In this document: piece after piece, positions 60,814 through 64,000 of the stretch | How positions within the stretch are numbered: position 1 is the first letter of the stretch | How the letters are laid out: every line of letters begins with the position of its first letter | Virus record (IMG/VR): IMGVR_UViG_3300034685_000067 | Span: 3,973 to 67,972 of that record | Strand: one strand, 5' to 3' | Source: a virus | Lineage: Duplodnaviria; Caudoviricetes | Length of the DNA: 64,000 nt | Made by a program: the position numbers and the translations under genes | The notes under the pieces: model-generated | What the model was told of the DNA's origin: nothing | Database searches by the model: none | What the model saw: the letters and a program-made list of their open reading frames with translations, nothing else

Positions 60814-61666
60814 AATACCTTATAACTTGATAATAAAATATCTTAACAATGAAGGTCAAAAAGCAACATCAGTAGCATACTATTTAAAATATAAATATCT
60901 TGGACATATAATAATAAGTAATCATATTATTAAAGAATGCAACAGAAATATAATATTAACTCAAATACCTTTCTTTTATAGAAAGAAAAAAGAATTATTT
61001 AATGAAGTACTAAATGCTATTCACTTCTTGAGACCACATCTGGTTAATTATTTCAAAAACAGTGCTACAAATGGATTCTCAGTCTATAAAACAATACAGG
61101 GGTACAAATTCTGTATTCCAATGATGTATGATTATCATTGTCCAATTATTAGTAATAATAATCAACAAGATAATATAATAATTGGTTATTACAATACTTC
61201 TTATAGAAATACTAAAGAATGGTTTAAACAATTTATTAAAGATAATGATAAATATATAGATAAAGTATATATACTTGGTGAATCTATGCCTGAATGTCCT
61301 AATTTTATATACACCAAAGATAAAGATTTATTTTTCTCTAATATCACCCACTTTATTTATCCTATGTCCAAAACATTTATTGATCCATGGCCAACTACAT
61401 TAGAAGAAGCAGTGAGATGTAATAAACAGATAATAATATTACCATCTAATAGAAACTGGCATGATGGTATAGATGATATATGTTCTTGTATAAGATATCA
61501 TACCAGTTTAAATTTAGATAAATATTATGATAATACAAATTGCAGTATAAATATGTTTGATTTGACTGAGTATTATGATACTCTTTTATTTGATAATAAC
61601 TTCGAATATAAAATTGATAGAACCAAATATAAAAGCTTTAATGAGTGGTGTAGTGAATGGTGTTAA
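60800..61666 (+). CDS. Divergent GT-B-like protein (same family)
   Basis: IIIGYY, and FIYP...IDPWPTTLEEAVRCNKQIII...DGI, the closest match to a GT4 motif. Confidence 0.55.
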   Translation: MDMIKIPYNLIIKYLNNEGQKATSVAYYLKYKYLGHIIISNHIIKECNRNIILTQIPFFYRKKKELFNEVLNAIHFLRPHLVNYFKNSATNGFSVYKTIQGYKFCIPMMYDYHCPIISNNNQQDNIIIGYYNTSYRNTKEWFKQFIKDNDKYIDKVYILGESMPECPNFIYTKDKDLFFSNITHFIYPMSKTFIDPWPTTLEEAVRCNKQIIILPSNRNWHDGIDDICSCIRYHTSLNLDKYYDNTNCSINMFDLTEYYDTLLFDNNFEYKIDRTKYKSFNEWCSEWC

Positions 61667-62055
61667 TTAATATTTTTAATACTGTTTTGAAGAAAGTATT
61701 ACCTAAAATAGGTAAATCTTCACGTACATTTATTGAAGATTATAAAGGAGTCAGAAGGATTATACTTCTAATAGTTCTATGGATCAATATTCATATATTC
61801 TTTATAACTATCAGTATGTATAGATCAACACTATATCTTGATCAACAATGGGTTATATTTGCAGGATACTGGGCTGGTATATTTGGCACGTTTGCTGCAT
61901 TCTATACTAACGGAAGAACTAAGGAGCAAGTTGCTAAAATAAACAAAATTAAGAGTGTAGATGAAAAAGTCATTGAACCTTGGAAGTTTACACCAAACAG
62001 CAATATTAAAATATATGATGAAGATGATACTGATAATCTAAACGAAGGATATTAA
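61657..62055 (+). CDS. Putative holin
   Basis: Two hydrophobic segments and a charged C-tail; directly upstream of the endolysin. Confidence 0.6.
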   Translation: MVLINIFNTVLKKVLPKIGKSSRTFIEDYKGVRRIILLIVLWINIHIFFITISMYRSTLYLDQQWVIFAGYWAGIFGTFAAFYTNGRTKEQVAKINKIKSVDEKVIEPWKFTPNSNIKIYDEDDTDNLNEGY

Positions 62056-62139
62056 TCTATTATTCTAAAACGTGGTATCCATTAATCAACTTTGAACAAA
62101 GTAATGATAAAAATATTTGAACAAGGAGTTGTCTGTACT

Positions 62140-62718
62140 ATGTTAGAAAAAGGTAAAAAATATCCTAAATTACCTAATGAATATTTAAACGAAGTATTAA
62201 AGTATGAAGGTGGTTTTGTTAATCATCCACTTGATAAAGGTGGAAAGACTAATAGAGGGATAACAGAATCTACTCTTAAATCTGCTATAAAACAAGGTAT
62301 AGTTCCATCTACAGTTACTATAGAGTCTCTAACTAATGATTTAGAATCAGTTAGAAAAATATATGAAATTAATTATTATTTAAGAGCTAAATGTGATCAG
62401 ATGCCACATTCTTTAGCATTTGCTCATTTTGATGCATCTGTCAATCATGGTGTTGGTAATGCAGCAAGATTTATTCAAAGAACACTAAATGCGCTTGGTG
62501 CTACATTAAGAGTTGATGGTGCTATTGGACCACTGACAATAGCAGCATTGAATCAAGCTTTATCTGCTATAGAAATAGATGTCATTGTAAAAGTATATTG
62601 TGACATAAGAAAATCATTTTATGATGCTATAGTTGCTAATAATCCATCTCAACGCATATTTTATAAAGGTTGGATGAATAGACTTCAACATGTTAGAGAG
62701 TTTTGTGAAATAGATTAA
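62140..62718 (+). CDS. Endolysin, glycoside hydrolase family 108 with a PG-binding-3 domain
   Basis: EGGFVNHPLDKGGKTNRGIT, FDASVNHG, VDGAIGPLT and F.KGWMNR; AAGGAG SD favours the ATG at 62140. Confidence 0.92.
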   Translation: MLEKGKKYPKLPNEYLNEVLKYEGGFVNHPLDKGGKTNRGITESTLKSAIKQGIVPSTVTIESLTNDLESVRKIYEINYYLRAKCDQMPHSLAFAHFDASVNHGVGNAARFIQRTLNALGATLRVDGAIGPLTIAALNQALSAIEIDVIVKVYCDIRKSFYDAIVANNPSQRIFYKGWMNRLQHVREFCEID

Positions 62719-62891
62719 TTACCTTAATATTTATAAATTAACTTAAATGATAATGAAAAAGTATATTAAAAATTTAAATTATAAAATCAAACATATTGTA
62801 TTCATAAATGTATGATTTCATAAATACATATGAATTATATTCCGAACAAATATAAGAAGAAATATGTTGAAAGAATAGGAGGAAAGTAAAC

Positions 62892-63869
62892 ATGCCCAAT
62901 CAGGAAGAACAATATTTATTATTTACAGTTGATGATATAAAAAGACAAATGAAAGAAATAACAGCGTTTGGATATGACTGGAAAGAATTCACAAGGATGA
63001 AGCCAATAGATCATGATAATGAATATCATACTAAAGAGTTTGTTACCATTGAAGATATTGGCCTTGATGATCTTAATAATGTTAATACCATTAATAAAGT
63101 CAATGGTCAAGTACTTGTATGGGATTCCACCAGTCAGAAATGGGTAAATATGACTATGACTGGAGGTGGTGAAGGAAGTATTACATTTGATGCAGTGAGC
63201 AAGGCATTTACAGCATCACAAGGACAGACTGAATATGATATATCAGATATATATGATGATGGATATTTAGCACATTCTGTATATAGAAATGGTGTCTATC
63301 AATTAGATGGATTGGATTATACTTTTAATACATTAGATAAAAAAGTAGTATTTAACTATCCATGTAATGCTAACGATATTATAGTTGTTATATTGAATAC
63401 TTCTTCAAGTACTATATCTATGACTGCACATGGACATGGAATGGCTGAAATATCTGGATTGATAAATGCATTAAATAGTAAAGCACCTCTAGATTCTCCA
63501 ACATTTACTGGTACAATTACATTAAATGGAGTATTAGGTAGTGCTTTAAATGTTGGAAATAATAATGTATATTTTGCTAATACAAACAATGTTCCAACAG
63601 CAGGCATGGTAACAGTAGATTGGAGAAGAGCAAATATACAGAAAATATCATTGAATGGTAATACCACTGTATCATTTGTAAATCCAAATGGAAATAGTTT
63701 TCTAATATTACATATTCAACAGGATAGTGTTGGAAATCGTAGTATAGCATTACCATCTATTAGAACCAAAAATGGAGATCCATTAGAGATTAATATGACT
63801 TCTAATGGCTCAACTGTTTTATGGTTGTATTATGATGGTAGTGTATACTATGGTGGTAATTTGCAGTAA
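62892..63869 (+). CDS. Tail/fibre-associated structural protein
   Basis: GQVLVWDS..KWVN, YRNGVYQLDGLDY (paralogous to YRNGLLQLEGYDF in ORF 27413), HGH and APLDSPTFTG fibre motifs. Confidence 0.7.
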   Translation: MPNQEEQYLLFTVDDIKRQMKEITAFGYDWKEFTRMKPIDHDNEYHTKEFVTIEDIGLDDLNNVNTINKVNGQVLVWDSTSQKWVNMTMTGGGEGSITFDAVSKAFTASQGQTEYDISDIYDDGYLAHSVYRNGVYQLDGLDYTFNTLDKKVVFNYPCNANDIIVVILNTSSSTISMTAHGHGMAEISGLINALNSKAPLDSPTFTGTITLNGVLGSALNVGNNNVYFANTNNVPTAGMVTVDWRRANIQKISLNGNTTVSFVNPNGNSFLILHIQQDSVGNRSIALPSIRTKNGDPLEINMTSNGSTVLWLYYDGSVYYGGNLQ

Positions 63870-63874
63870 AATTA

Positions 63875-64000
63875 GTCAACTACCCCACCCTATAGAGGGT
63901 GGAGCTTGTGATTAACAAGCTCAGTTGATTAGCCTCAGCCAGGGGGTATTAACCCTATCGGGCTACGTTATATGGGAATATATAGTCACCATAGGATGCT
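63875..64000 (+). ncRNA. 5' part of an IscB-type omega (HEARO) RNA / IS200-605 element end, truncated by the window
   Basis: GTCAACTACCCC start pairing with GTTGAT, hairpins CCACCCT-ATAG-AGGGTGG and AGCTTG...CAAGCT, then AGCCTCAG...CTACGTT...GGATGC. The iscB ORF is not visible. Confidence 0.7.

Noticed and set aside
62719-62891. AT-rich gap with weak inverted repeats as origin or ncRNA
   Set aside because: The imperfect AT-only pairing is expected by chance at this base composition.
868-63667. The many 60-115 aa minus-strand and nested ORFs in the track
   Set aside because: All overlap long motif-bearing + strand genes and lack recognisable motifs; treated as shadows.
1-64000. Stop-codon reassignment
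   Set aside because: Standard-code ORFs tile the window densely, and TAA, TAG and TGA all end genes that are followed by new SD/start sites.
1-64000. tRNA or rRNA genes, and a host assignment
   Set aside because: No cloverleaf or rRNA-like sequence was seen. Strong GGAGG SDs and TTG starts hint at Firmicutes-like hosts while GH108 is common in diderm phages, so the host is left unassigned.

Overview
An AT-rich, gene-dense window with essentially all genes on the + strand, from a large (probably jumbo) myovirus-type bacteriophage. From 1 to 38 kb is a virion module: tail fibres, terminase large subunit, tail sheath, tail tube, baseplate wedge and a tape-measure-like protein with an M23 peptidase domain. 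It is interspersed with a SNF2 helicase, a very divergent PolB-like ORF, a P-loop/LigD-phosphoesterase fusion, a protein carrying a repeat-flanked SMI1/KNR4 cassette, and a frameshifted TnpB element. From 38.3 to 61.7 kb is the stand-out region, a ~23 kb biosynthetic-type cluster behind a near-consensus sigma70 promoter. It encodes 11 radical SAM enzymes, a paralogous family of GT-B-like proteins (one split into halves in swapped order), a DxD glycosyltransferase, a methyltransferase, an amidinotransferase, a deacetylase and an NDP-sugar epimerase. It also encodes a fibre-like protein ending in (CNYCTCN)n repeats. That protein's peptidase-S74 chaperone is split just after the catalytic SDxRLK motif, with the remainder encoded as a separate gene. 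A holin-like gene, a GH108 endolysin, another structural gene and the start of an IscB-type omega/HEARO RNA close the window. All calls come from motif recognition by eye; no database searches were run.
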